Origin: Nitrospinota bacterium
Lineage (GTDB): Bacteria; JADFOP01
Length of the DNA: 64,000 nt
Assembly (NCBI GenBank): GCA_022562795.1
Contig: JADFOP010000005.1
Span: forward strand, 3,660-67,659
Direction of reading: 5' to 3'
A program made the translations under genes and the position numbers. The stretch's first letter is position 1. Each line of letters starts with the position of its first letter. Under the pieces are notes generated by a model. That model worked only from the letters and a program-made list of their open reading frames with translations. It did no database searches and was not told where the DNA came from. This document shows, one piece after another, positions 31,453-41,384 of the stretch.

Positions 31453-32452
31453 TCGCAACCGTCGCCTCCCACTCAAGCTGGTCGAGGGGCTCTAAATCAC
31501 AGGCCGCGGGGAGGTCCTCAACCCTCTTGGCATAGATTACGGCTCTCCCAATGGCTCTGGCCAGGGCATCCTGAGCCAGAAGACCAGCGGTGTTAACATC
31601 CGCTGGCTCCCCCCCCATCGAGAAGGCAAAGACCACGTCGCCGTCGAAGTTGGTGTGGGCTGGTGAGATTACGCGGGCCAGACCGGTCTGGGCCATCCGA
31701 GCGACGTGGATGCACTCCTCGCGGCTCATCGCGCCGCCGACTACAACCGCCCCGATCGTGGTATTCTCCCCACCAAAGGTGAAGCGCGAAGCGCCCTGCC
31801 GCATGCATTTGGCCGTGTCCACCAGGCGGGTTCCGTTTTCATCCCGAGCCCCCGCCAGCAGACGCCCCGACACAGGGTCTCGAACATCGCCAAAGGCATT
31901 TACGGCGGCGGCGGCACCGACGATGATGCCCCCAGGCTCCCGGCAGCTCGCAGTCCCAAAACCCCCCTTCATCCCTCTGGAAATGCCAAAGAGCTTGCCC
32001 ACCGTCGCGCCCACCCCCACCCCGACGTTGCCTTGGGGGCTAGCCTCCTGGATGGCGGCCTCCGTTGCTGCGTAGCCCATAGCAACATCAGGACGGACAT
32101 CGGGCTTTCCCAACGAGAGGTCGAAGATGATGGCTGTCGGTACGATAGGGACGGTGGTTACTCGAACGGGGAATCCAATCCCCTGGCGCTCAAGGCAAGA
32201 CATAACGCCCCCGGCGGCGTCCAGTCCATAGGAGCTGCCACCGGCCATACATACCGCGTGGACCTGCTGGACCAAGTGGGTCGGCTCCAGAGGCCCTAGG
32301 GCTCGCGTTCCGGAGGCTCTACCCCGGATGTCAACGCCACCGGTGGCCCCAGTGGGAAAGAGAATCACCGTGCAGCCCGTACAGGCTACGGGATCCTCCG
32401 CGTGGCCAATGGCCACCCCGGGGACGTCGGCCAGACAATCCCTAGCGGCCAC
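31442..32452 (-). CDS. P1/S58-family peptidase (DmpA-like Ntn hydrolase)
   Basis: [44 protein letters not shown]. Confidence 0.88.
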   Translation of the reverse strand: MAARDCLADVPGVAIGHAEDPVACTGCTVILFPTGATGGVDIRGRASGTRALGPLEPTHLVQQVHAVCMAGGSSYGLDAAGGVMSCLERQGIGFPVRVTTVPIVPTAIIFDLSLGKPDVRPDVAMGYAATEAAIQEASPQGNVGVGVGATVGKLFGISRGMKGGFGTASCREPGGIIVGAAAAVNAFGDVRDPVSGRLLAGARDENGTRLVDTAKCMRQGASRFTFGGENTTIGAVVVGGAMSREECIHVARMAQTGLARVISPAHTNFDGDVVFAFSMGGEPADVNTAGLLAQDALARAIGRAVIYAKRVEDLPAACDLEPLDQLEWEATVANEA

Positions 32453-32574
32453 CGTCCCATCCTTGTGGGTAAGCCATGCCGCCCGTCCAACTCCTATTAG
32501 GACATCGAATAAACCAATTCACTATAACACGCCGTCTTGGAGACCGTCTAGCACTTTAGCCTCCCGTAGGTTTA

Positions 32575-32610
32575 AAGCAAAACCCCATCACCTAAAGGAT
32601 GGGGTTTGGC
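32575..32610 (-). terminator. Intrinsic terminator after the DUF151 gene
   Basis: 10-bp inverted repeat AAACCCCATC (32580-32589) / GATGGGGTTT (32598-32607) with a T tract on the minus strand. Confidence 0.7.
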
Positions 32611-32641
32611 AGCTATAGGCAAGAAGGAGGAAGAACTGTGA

Positions 32642-33130
32642 CTACATCTCATACTTCCCGAAGTCTTCCGGCCGGATGTTCTCAAGCCACTCCTTCCACT
32701 GCTCATCGTCCTCCTTAAGCTTCATGTCGGTGAGATCGATGGAGCGCGCTTCATCGAGAACCTTCTTGGCAACGAAAATAGGAGCATCAACCCTAAGGGC
32801 CAAGGCGATCGCATCCGAGGGTCTTGAATCAACCGATATCTCGTTGCCATTTAGGAATAAAAAAATCTCTGCGTAGAAAGTGTTGTCCTTGAGGTCGCTG
32901 ACGACAATCCGGCTTACATTGGCATCGATCCCCTCGAGGATATTCTTGATTAGATCGTGGGTCATTGGGCGAGGAGTAGGGACGCTTTCCATCTCCAGGC
33001 CAATGGCATTGGCCTCGAAAATGCCAACCCAAATGGGCAAGGCCCTCTCCTCCTCTAAGTCTTTCAGAATGACGATGGGCATGTTCGTCAACGGGTCCAT
33101 CGTCAACCCCCTGACTTTCATCTCCAACAT
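32642..33130 (-). CDS. Bifunctional nuclease domain (DUF151) protein
   Basis: [36 protein letters not shown]. Confidence 0.93.
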   Translation of the reverse strand: MLEMKVRGLTMDPLTNMPIVILKDLEEERALPIWVGIFEANAIGLEMESVPTPRPMTHDLIKNILEGIDANVSRIVVSDLKDNTFYAEIFLFLNGNEISVDSRPSDAIALALRVDAPIFVAKKVLDEARSIDLTDMKLKEDDEQWKEWLENIRPEDFGKYEM

Positions 33131-33169
33131 GAGTCCTTCCTCCTTTACGAATGAATATAATTGAAACCG

Positions 33170-34486
33170 TTAGTTTAGGGGCAACTCCCCCTCTAGCGAA
33201 TGGAGCTTCGCCCGAGTGATTGTTATCTCTGCCAAATCGCCAACGGCTAGACCGGTCCCGACGGGAAAATGCACGAGCTTGTTGGAGGGGGTACGACCGG
33301 TGAGCTTTGTCGCATCCCTTTTACTCTCGCCTTCCACCAGGACCTCGACGGTGCGCCCTACCAGGGTCTCGTTGCGACGCTTGCTTATGGAGGCCTGGAG
33401 CTCTAGGGCGCGCTGAAATCTCTCTTGGGTAACCTCCTTAGGGACCTGGTTAGCCATTTCCGCAGCCTTGGTCCCAGGCCGGGGGGAATACTTGAACAGA
33501 AATATGCTATCAAATTCAACATCTTCCAAGAGTTCAAGGGTGGCCTGGAAGTCCTCTTCCGTCTCACCAGGAAAAGCGACGATGACATCGCTCGTCAGGC
33601 TCAAATCGGGCATCGCCTTTCTAAGAGCTGCCACCGTGGCCCGGTAGTGCTCAGCGGTGTAGCCCCGGGCCATCGCCTCCAGGATGCGATCGCTACCGGC
33701 CTGAACGGGCAGGTGGAGATGCTCGCACACCTTCGGCAATATCGCCATCTGCTCGATAAGATGGGCCGAAACGTCCTTCGGGTGGGAAGTAATGAAACGT
33801 ATTCGGGCGATCCCGTCAACCTCGTTGACGGCGCCGAGGAGATCGGGAAAGTCGATGTCGGCCTTGTAGGAATTGACCGTCTGGCCGAGCAGAGTGACCT
33901 CCTTATAGCCCTCAGCGGCCAAATTACGCACCTGCCGTATAATCTCTGCGCTAGGCAGGCTATTCTCCGGCCCCCGAGTCATGGGCACAACGCAGAAGGT
34001 GCACCGATGATCGCACCCTGACATGACGGTCACCCAGGCCTGGAGGTCGCTGGTGCGCTTGACGGGGAGATCGTAATCGGCGTCCTCGGGGAGTGTGGGG
34101 GTCACGTCAGCCACGGAAACCCCGTTGAGGCGATGTTCCGCCAATAAAGCTGGCAGGCGCTGGATGTTTCGAGTGCCAAAGACAATGTCCACGTAGGGGG
34201 CTCGATCCACTATGGCTGAGCCCTGCACCTGTGCCACACATCCGGACACGGCTATCAACAGCTCCGGATTGGCGCTCTTAAGCTCCTTCAGCCGACCGAG
34301 CTGGCTATACAATTTCTGCTCCGCCTTGTCCCGAATACTGCAGGTGTTTACCAGGATGAAGTCGGCCTCTGCCAACTTCTCGGTGGCCTCGTATCCTTCG
34401 TCATCCAAAATGCCCTCGATGACCTCGGAGTCGTATTTGTTCATCTGACACCCGAAGGTGATGATGGCTGCCTTTTTTCTTTTCAT
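33170..34486 (-). CDS. miaB: tRNA-2-methylthio-N6-dimethylallyladenosine synthase
   Basis: TFGCQMNKYDSE, NTCSIRDKAE, radical-SAM GCDHRCTFC, C-terminal TRAM domain. Confidence 0.96.
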   Translation of the reverse strand: MKRKKAAIITFGCQMNKYDSEVIEGILDDEGYEATEKLAEADFILVNTCSIRDKAEQKLYSQLGRLKELKSANPELLIAVSGCVAQVQGSAIVDRAPYVDIVFGTRNIQRLPALLAEHRLNGVSVADVTPTLPEDADYDLPVKRTSDLQAWVTVMSGCDHRCTFCVVPMTRGPENSLPSAEIIRQVRNLAAEGYKEVTLLGQTVNSYKADIDFPDLLGAVNEVDGIARIRFITSHPKDVSAHLIEQMAILPKVCEHLHLPVQAGSDRILEAMARGYTAEHYRATVAALRKAMPDLSLTSDVIVAFPGETEEDFQATLELLEDVEFDSIFLFKYSPRPGTKAAEMANQVPKEVTQERFQRALELQASISKRRNETLVGRTVEVLVEGESKRDATKLTGRTPSNKLVHFPVGTGLAVGDLAEITITRAKLHSLEGELPLN

Positions 34487-34517
34487 ATTAGACCTTTCTC
34501 GGGTATCGGCTTCTCAA

Positions 34518-34546
34518 AATATAGCAACGGGCCGGGGGCTTGTCAA
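34518..34546 (-). promoter_or_regulatory. Candidate sigma70 promoter for miaB
   Basis: TTGACA-N17-TATATT on the minus strand. Confidence 0.6.
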
Positions 34547-34600
34547 TTTAAGCCAATTTTGATTACCTAAATAAATGCATCTACCCGCTCTCGCTGAAGG

Positions 34601-35539
34601 CTAGATAGCGTGGAAGGACTCGATGCGGCGAATAACGCGACTGCGCAAGGCTAGGACGAGGGACTGGGTGTATGCGGCCCCGGGCACGAAACGGACGCCT
34701 TTAAGGAGGTCCCCATCAGTTACGCCCGTCGCTGCAAAGACTAGGTCCTGGCCACGCGCCAGGTCGTCGATGTATAAAATCTGGTCGGGATCGTCCAGCC
34801 CCATGGCCAAAGCAGCCTCTCGCTCGGCAGGGTTTCGAAATTTCAAGCGACCCTGAAAGTCTCCTCCAACGCACTTGAGGGCCACCGCCGAAAGCACTCC
34901 CTGGGGAGCGCCACCAATGCCTACGAGACAATCGACGCCGGAGCCCTCCATTGCTGTGGCTATGGCGGAGCTTACGTCGCCGTCGCCAATGAGCCTAAGC
35001 CTGGCGCCAAGGCTCCTGATGGACTCGACGTCCCCTCTGTTGCGGGGACGGTCTAGAACGACCACCGTTAGCTCTTCAATATACTTCCCAAGAGTCCCAG
35101 CTACAGTCTTCATATTCTCTTCCAGGGGGCGTGATAAGTCTATAGCCCCTCGCGCCTTGGGCCCGACGGCCAACTTCTCCATGTAGACTTCGGGCACGGG
35201 CAAGAAGCTTCCGGGCTCGTCCACCGCCACAATGCTTATTGCGTTCGGGCCACCTGTGGCGCAGATGTTGGTGCCCTCTAGAGCATCCAGTGTTATATCA
35301 AGATTGATCTCACCCTGCCCTACCCTAATGCCCGATGGGAGGAGCGCCCCCGAGGCAGGCGTACCCTCCCCAAGGACCACCGTTCCGGCGATTGGGAGCT
35401 CCTTGAGGCCTATGGCCATAGCCTCAACGGCGGCTGTATCGGCAGCGGCTTCGTCACCAGCCCCCATAAGCCTGGCGGACGCCATGGCTGAAGCCTCTGT
35501 AACCCTAACGATATCGAGGGCCAATCTCCGTTCCAACAT
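34601..35539 (-). CDS. glpX: Class II fructose-1,6-bisphosphatase
   Basis: VRVTEA, DALEGT, YMEKLAVG, LDRPR, IGDGDV, ATGVTDG; start ATG 35539. Confidence 0.93.
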   Translation of the reverse strand: MLERRLALDIVRVTEASAMASARLMGAGDEAAADTAAVEAMAIGLKELPIAGTVVLGEGTPASGALLPSGIRVGQGEINLDITLDALEGTNICATGGPNAISIVAVDEPGSFLPVPEVYMEKLAVGPKARGAIDLSRPLEENMKTVAGTLGKYIEELTVVVLDRPRNRGDVESIRSLGARLRLIGDGDVSSAIATAMEGSGVDCLVGIGGAPQGVLSAVALKCVGGDFQGRLKFRNPAEREAALAMGLDDPDQILYIDDLARGQDLVFAATGVTDGDLLKGVRFVPGAAYTQSLVLALRSRVIRRIESFHAI

Positions 35540-35621
35540 TAGAAGTCCTCTAAAGACTATCGGGTACGGCCAAATGGTATCATAGGCCCCCGGGGGGCGC
35601 AATTAAACGGCATGCCGTGCG

Positions 35622-35650
35622 TTGACTTAGATGGAACGTTTACCTATCAT
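35622..35650 (+). promoter_or_regulatory. Candidate sigma70 promoter upstream of corA-ktrB-ktrA
   Basis: TTGACT-N17-TATCAT about 300 nt upstream of the corA start. Confidence 0.5.
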
Positions 35651-35964
35651 CTATTCATAAATATTTATTGAACCACCGTGTCGCGTCCTGCGCCGAGGCG
35701 AGAAACCTCATAGACCCTTCATTCAACCGGTATAGTAGTTTACAAAACCCCGGGTCGTTTCTTACCCGAAGGGTTCGGGGACGACTGGTGATGTGCTCTA
35801 GATTTTAGGTTGACAGCAGTTTCATTAGGATGTACCAGTGTACTCGTTCTCCAGGAGCCTTTGAGAATGGCGAGGCTTGACCCGCCAGCGGGAACCATTA
35901 AGACTGAACGCGTGGCCCTGTAAGCCGGGCATGGCGCTTAGAGGCGACTTTGGATGATGGCACA

Positions 35965-36939
35965 ATGATTGACGCCTTTCTACTGCTTAAAGACGGCACC
36001 CTCAAACGCAGCCAGGATGTGGAAGAGGTCTTCCGCTTGGTTGAGGAGGCGGGTGATGGTTGGAATCTCTGGCTTGACTTGGAGGCTCCACACGAGGAGG
36101 AGTTTGGCCTCCTTACGGCCCTATTCAACTTCCACCCCTTGGCCCTGGATGCTTGTTTCAACCAAACCCATCATTCCAAGATGGACGACTACGACGATCA
36201 TCTCTACATCATTTTCAATACTCCTCTATGGGGTGAGGAGGGTGTTAGAATTAAGACCTCCCGGCTCGACTGTTTCCTGGGACCACACTTCCTCGTTACT
36301 CACCACCTGGAGCCCTTTCCATCCATCCAGGAGGCCAAGGTGCGATGCCTTAAAAGAGAAGATGCTCTCAGCCGAGGCGCCGATTACTTGCTCTACATAA
36401 TCTTGGCCGTCCTAGTGGATAATTACTCCCCGGTGCTGGAAAGAATCGGTGATGCTGTTGAGGCCGCCGAGGCAGAGGTGCTCGCCAAGCCCAAGCCCTC
36501 GACTCTAAAGCGCCTCTTCTCGCTCAGGAAGGAAGTGGCCCGTTTGTGGCAGCTCGTTTTACGACAAAAAGAGATTCTCTTGCGGCTGAGCGATGAGGAG
36601 CATTCATCAATTCGCCGAGAACAGGCCGTCTACTATCGGGACGCTCACGGCCACCTTGCCCGTATGTCGGACCTAATGGAATCGCACCGTGACACCATCG
36701 CCGGAGCGGTAGAGGCCTTTACCTCGCTTACGAGTAACCGCAAGAACGCGGTGGTCAGAATCCTAACCGTTCTGGTCATCCTGATGTTTTCCCTTGCGCT
36801 CATCGCCGGCATCTACGGTATTAACCCCCGGTTCATGCCCGAGCTTCCGTCGCCATACGGCCAATACGCCGTGTTAGGATTCGTGGCCTTCATAGCCATA
36901 ATCATGCTTGTTTTCTTCCGATGGAAGAACCGGCTCTGA
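35965..36939 (+). CDS. corA: CorA/ZntB-family divalent cation transporter with a GIN signature
   Basis: WLDLE, FHPLALD, two C-terminal TM helices, GIYGIN..MPEL in place of GIYGMNF..MPEL. Confidence 0.88.
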   Translation: MIDAFLLLKDGTLKRSQDVEEVFRLVEEAGDGWNLWLDLEAPHEEEFGLLTALFNFHPLALDACFNQTHHSKMDDYDDHLYIIFNTPLWGEEGVRIKTSRLDCFLGPHFLVTHHLEPFPSIQEAKVRCLKREDALSRGADYLLYIILAVLVDNYSPVLERIGDAVEAAEAEVLAKPKPSTLKRLFSLRKEVARLWQLVLRQKEILLRLSDEEHSSIRREQAVYYRDAHGHLARMSDLMESHRDTIAGAVEAFTSLTSNRKNAVVRILTVLVILMFSLALIAGIYGINPRFMPELPSPYGQYAVLGFVAFIAIIMLVFFRWKNRL

Positions 36940-36966
36940 CCGCTGTCTCCGCCGTAAAGGCCCAAA

Positions 36967-38712
36967 ATGCTCGCCTATCTAAACTCCCATCTTACAACCC
37001 GGTGGATCTTCCGGGCGCCCTTCTACCTCTTGGGCCTTGGTGCAACCGCCATCCTTGTGCTCCAGTACGGTTTTGGGTGGTCGCTAGGCAGCAATGGAGC
37101 AATGGTGGCCGTCCAGCGGGGCTTTCTTTATGGCTTCGTCGGCTTCTACCTTATGGTGGCCGCATTCATAACTCCCAAAACTCTTCTGCTGCGAAGCGGC
37201 TTGGTGGAGACGTTGCTCAGCGCCTTGGTGATATGGACCGAGGTTGAGCCGTCAACGATTATCCCATCGTCGGCAGTCCTGCTGGCCGTGGAAGTTTACG
37301 CCGCATTTGCACTCTTATACGCCCTAAGCACTTTACTCCTAAACCCGGAACTCGTGGTCAGTCGTTGGGGAAACCTTCGGCTCAGCAGGCCCCAACTCGT
37401 CGTCTTCAGCTTCCTTGCCGTAATCGGCCTGGGCACCCTCGGACTCAGCCTCCCCAAGGCGACGGTCTCCCCGGACGGCATAGGGCTCATCGACACCATT
37501 TTTACGGCCACCAGCGCTGTCTGCGTCACGGGCCTGACCGTCATCAACGTCGCACAAGACCTCTCGACTCTTGGCCAAGGCTTCCTGCTTGCCCTCATCC
37601 AGCTAGGGGGTCTGGGGCTGATGACATTCACCGCCTTTTTCTCCCTGATCCTGGGCCGGGATCTAAGCCTCAGGGGTGAGCTCGTCTTGAGAGACACTCT
37701 AGATGTTCGGACCGTAGGCCGTATCACAAGCCTCGTTCTCGGGATCCTCACTATTACCATTATCGCCGAGGGTATCGGGACCATACTCCTCTTCGTCTCC
37801 TGGCCCACCGATCTCCCATCGACGGCACACGGAATTTTCTGGAGCCTATTCCACTCTGTCAGTGCTTTTAGCAACGCCGGCTTCAGCCTTCTTCCCACGA
37901 ACGACTTTTCCATCTACCGTGGAGCGTTCGTCGTCAACTACACCTTGATGGCCCTTATCGTGGTTGGAGGAGTAGGCTTCTTCGTCATCCAAAATCTTTT
38001 GCGGGTAAGCCCGTGGGGCGGTGGAACCGATCAGAAACGGCCCCGCCTCACGCTCCACACTAAGCTAGTTTTAACCATAACGGCTGTCTTAATATTAATC
38101 GGTGCGACGTTGTTCTTCACCTTAGAGCGAAATGCCTCCATGGCCGGATACACTATCGGCGAGCAGATAACGGCCTCCCTATTCCAGGCCGTTACCTCAA
38201 GGACGGCAGGCTTCAGCACTGTCCCTATCGGTCAGCTGACCTATTCAGCGGCTTTCCTCCTCATGATTCTTATGTTTATCGGAGCCTCTCCGGGCTCGAC
38301 TGGCGGTGGGGTAAAGACCTCGACCATAGGGATTCTACTTGGGACCATCCGGAGCATCCTCAAAGGTCGGACCGAAACCGAGATATTCAATAGGACCATC
38401 CCTCAAGATCAGGTCAACCGAGCTTTGGCCATCATTTTTATCGCTTTCGGCGTTATCTCTGCATCAGTCTTTGCCCTTATGATAGTGGAAGGCCGACCTT
38501 TCATAGATGTCCTCTTTGAGACCATCAGCGCCTTCGGAACCGTGGGCCTTACGCGGGGGATGACGTCGGAGCTCTCTTCTGCAGGCAAGGTAATACTCAT
38601 TTTCACCATGCTGGCGGGGCGTATAGGCCCTTTGACTCTGGCACTGGCCATCGCCGAGCGGGGAGTCAGGGGTGAGTATGAATATCCCCAGGAATATGTC
38701 ATGCTAGGGTAA
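36967..38712 (+). CDS. ktrB: TrkH/KtrB-family potassium uptake membrane subunit with an N-terminal TM extension
   Basis: Four pore loops SAVCVTGL, SAFSNAGF, SRTAGF, SAFGTVGL; MFIGASPGSTGGGVK; GRIGPLT. Confidence 0.92.
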   Translation: MLAYLNSHLTTRWIFRAPFYLLGLGATAILVLQYGFGWSLGSNGAMVAVQRGFLYGFVGFYLMVAAFITPKTLLLRSGLVETLLSALVIWTEVEPSTIIPSSAVLLAVEVYAAFALLYALSTLLLNPELVVSRWGNLRLSRPQLVVFSFLAVIGLGTLGLSLPKATVSPDGIGLIDTIFTATSAVCVTGLTVINVAQDLSTLGQGFLLALIQLGGLGLMTFTAFFSLILGRDLSLRGELVLRDTLDVRTVGRITSLVLGILTITIIAEGIGTILLFVSWPTDLPSTAHGIFWSLFHSVSAFSNAGFSLLPTNDFSIYRGAFVVNYTLMALIVVGGVGFFVIQNLLRVSPWGGGTDQKRPRLTLHTKLVLTITAVLILIGATLFFTLERNASMAGYTIGEQITASLFQAVTSRTAGFSTVPIGQLTYSAAFLLMILMFIGASPGSTGGGVKTSTIGILLGTIRSILKGRTETEIFNRTIPQDQVNRALAIIFIAFGVISASVFALMIVEGRPFIDVLFETISAFGTVGLTRGMTSELSSAGKVILIFTMLAGRIGPLTLALAIAERGVRGEYEYPQEYVMLG

Positions 38713-38726
38713 GGAAGGAGAGAGTT

Positions 38727-39419
38727 ATGGCTCGGTTCGCTGTAATAGGCCTGGGGCGATTTGGGATGAGCTTGGCTACCCACCTAACCGAGGCTGGGGC
38801 TGAGGTCGTGGCCATCGACGCAGACCGGCGGGTCATCGAGAATATTAAAGACGAGGTGACGGTGGCCGTGGCCCTAGACGCCACCGACGAACACGCCCTG
38901 CGGGCGCAAAACCTGGAGAAGGTTGATGCAGCCATCGTCTGCATAGGGGAGAGCTTTGAGGCAAATCAGCTGGCTACGTTGCTGCTTAAAAATATTGGTG
39001 TAAAAAGAATCATCGCCAAAGCCAACACCACTACGCAGCGCCACATCCTCCAGCTCATCGGCGCTGACCAAGTCATCTCCCCTGAGGAAGAGATGGGAGC
39101 AAAGCTCGCCAAACGTTTGCTTGTCCCATTCGCCCTGGAAATGATTCCCCTCGCAGAGGGCTTTAGCATGATTGAAATAAACGCGCCTGCCGCCTTCGTC
39201 GGTAAGGCGCTCAAAGACCTAAAGCTCCGTCAACGCTTCGGCATTAATGTCGTTGCCATCAAAAAACACCATCCGCCGGAGAGCGAGGGCGCCACCCTCG
39301 TCATCGCCTCGATCGACAACCTGCCAAGCCCCGAAAGTATCATCAATGAATACGACATTCTAATCATCATCGGACACGAGGATGGACTGCGCCAGCTCGG
39401 GAAGCACTCAGGGAGCTGA
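38727..39419 (+). CDS. ktrA: TrkA/KtrA-family RCK regulatory subunit
   Basis: VIGLGRFG Rossmann motif, ISPEEEMG, C-terminal RCK-C domain. Confidence 0.93.
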   Translation: MARFAVIGLGRFGMSLATHLTEAGAEVVAIDADRRVIENIKDEVTVAVALDATDEHALRAQNLEKVDAAIVCIGESFEANQLATLLLKNIGVKRIIAKANTTTQRHILQLIGADQVISPEEEMGAKLAKRLLVPFALEMIPLAEGFSMIEINAPAAFVGKALKDLKLRQRFGINVVAIKKHHPPESEGATLVIASIDNLPSPESIINEYDILIIIGHEDGLRQLGKHSGS

Positions 39420-39469
39420 TGGGGTATAAAGGCAGGATTGATCGTGACGGTGTGAGGCGCTGAAGGAGG

Positions 39470-40173
39470 CTATGAATCTTCCAGGGCGCCACCTTTGGCT
39501 GCGGGAAGTCGCTGGTCGGCTGAGGATTCCTCGGCGAATCGGGGCTTATCAATCCCCTCACTCCGCCCGCGCGGGTAATCCCTAGACAGCCGCCTGTAGA
39601 GAAGGAAGCCCAAAACAGCTAACACTAATACTACAGCTGTGATGATCCTTACCCCTTGAATGGTGCGCCGTAAGTTGTCGAGCTTTTCGCTCAGAAAATA
39701 CCTAACAGGGTGACGAGGGGAACGCTGACGGCGGCCCCGCACAAATCCGTCAAAATGAACTTCTGCGCGTTCATCCGGATGCTGCCGGCAACGAGGTAAA
39801 CGGCCATCCGAAAACCAGCAAAGAAGCGAGCGAAGAAGATTGTTTTGCCGCCATAGCGGTCAAAATGGTCGTGGATTCTCGAAAGGCGATGGCTCGTCAA
39901 CCAGCGACTAAGCCTAGGGTGTCCCAGAACGTTAGAGCCCCACTTGCGCCCTAGGTAAAATACCAAGTAGTCACCGACTACGGCGCCTGTGATGGAGATG
40001 GCGATTGTCAGATATAGGTCAGTGTAGCCCGCCCAGGATAAAAATCCACCGATAAGCAGCAGAAGGTCTTCAGGTATTGGAGCCCCAAGTCCCCCGGCGA
40101 ACAAGCCAAAGAATATGAAAATATAGATAAACGGCGCCGTATAACCGGTCATGAAATCAACGAGCGTCCACAC
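39470..40173 (-). pseudogene. dedA: DedA-family membrane protein interrupted by a 1-bp deletion near 39700
   Basis: GAPIPEDLLL and FFARFFAGFR motifs in 39691-40173. The C-terminal helix (YFLSEKLDN...LGFLLYRR) continues in another frame to 39470; total span 704 nt, one base short of a multiple of 3. Confidence 0.8.
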
Positions 40174-40623
40174 GTTCCATTATCCCCGTTGGCGGTCGGC
40201 TGCATAGGTCACAAAAAAATGTTACCCAATTTTGCCACATGAAGTCAAATGTAAACCTCTAAAAGGGTGAGGTCTATCTTTTTTAATTGCACCTGCCCAA
40301 CTATCCAGTATAATTGCACTTGTGTCGATTCTGTTACCCTGGTGACGACGGAGATTTTATCAACCTGTTAATGCGGGGAATTCCGGAAAGGGCTTTGGCG
40401 AATTCCCGGACGTGATCGAGGAAACCCATCACGTTCCCCGCCCCCACCCCATGAGCCTATCTCCTTTGCACAACATAGCCCGTCGTGGGGTCTTCATCAT
40501 AATGCGCATTACGGAACTGGCGACCGACGAAGGTGAGAGCCGCACTCCTGCCATGAAGACATATCCCCACAAAGCCAGGCTATGTAGAATGTGGCAATAA
40601 TTTAGAACTGTTGAGGCAAAGGT

Positions 40624-41307
40624 ATGTACCGAAAAACCGTATGGTGGATAATGGCGGTTTGGTTGCTGACGGGATTCACTCAGGCTGCGGAGCCCGTGGG
40701 GACGGACGACCTCTCCCCAAGGAGCTTGGTGCAGTCTGCCTATCGAGCGTCAAAATCGCTTAACGCCTATACCTGCAAGCTTACGAACATCACCCGACAC
40801 CGCGGAGCCGACGGGCGTTACAACGCCGAGAAGATAAACGTGCTCGCGTACGCTTTCCGGAAACCAGGGCAGATACGAATGAGGTGGATAGAGCCACGAC
40901 TCAAGCGCGGCCAGGTCGCCGTCTACAATCATAAAATCCTCCATGTCTCTCGTTGGTGGTGGCCCTTCGCCTTGAAGGTTGACCCGGACAGCCCAACGGG
41001 CATGGATGATTTTCACCACCCCATTTATCGATCCGATTTAGCATCCTTGATGGGCATCGTCGTCCAAGATATGGTCAAAGTAACGGAGGAGGCCTATGAA
41101 GGCCAAGTGGCCGTCGGAAAACGGCGGGGTCACCGGGTGGTGTTGTATACGGCGAAGAAGCGGGTTGTGCTTACGATAGACACAGAGCATCTGTTGCCCC
41201 TGGCAATTGAGCAATACGACCGCGAGTCGGGGCTTCTTTTCGATGGCGGGTATTTCGAAGACCTGGAGCTGAGCCCCCCGCTAGAAGACTCGCTTTTCGA
41301 CTTATAA
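40624..41307 (+). CDS. Exported LolA-like/DUF1571-like protein
   Basis: Signal peptide, [31 protein letters not shown]; family call by resemblance. Confidence 0.6.
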   Translation: MYRKTVWWIMAVWLLTGFTQAAEPVGTDDLSPRSLVQSAYRASKSLNAYTCKLTNITRHRGADGRYNAEKINVLAYAFRKPGQIRMRWIEPRLKRGQVAVYNHKILHVSRWWWPFALKVDPDSPTGMDDFHHPIYRSDLASLMGIVVQDMVKVTEEAYEGQVAVGKRRGHRVVLYTAKKRVVLTIDTEHLLPLAIEQYDRESGLLFDGGYFEDLELSPPLEDSLFDL

Positions 41308-41331
41308 GGAGGGAGTGGTCCTCTCTCCGCG

Positions 41332-41360
41332 TTGACATCACGGTCGATTCCCGGTACATT
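41332..41360 (+). promoter_or_regulatory. Candidate sigma70 promoter for ftsH
   Basis: TTGACA-N17-TACATT. Confidence 0.6.
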
Positions 41361-41384
41361 GAATTCAGAAAACCCGTTCTAGAT

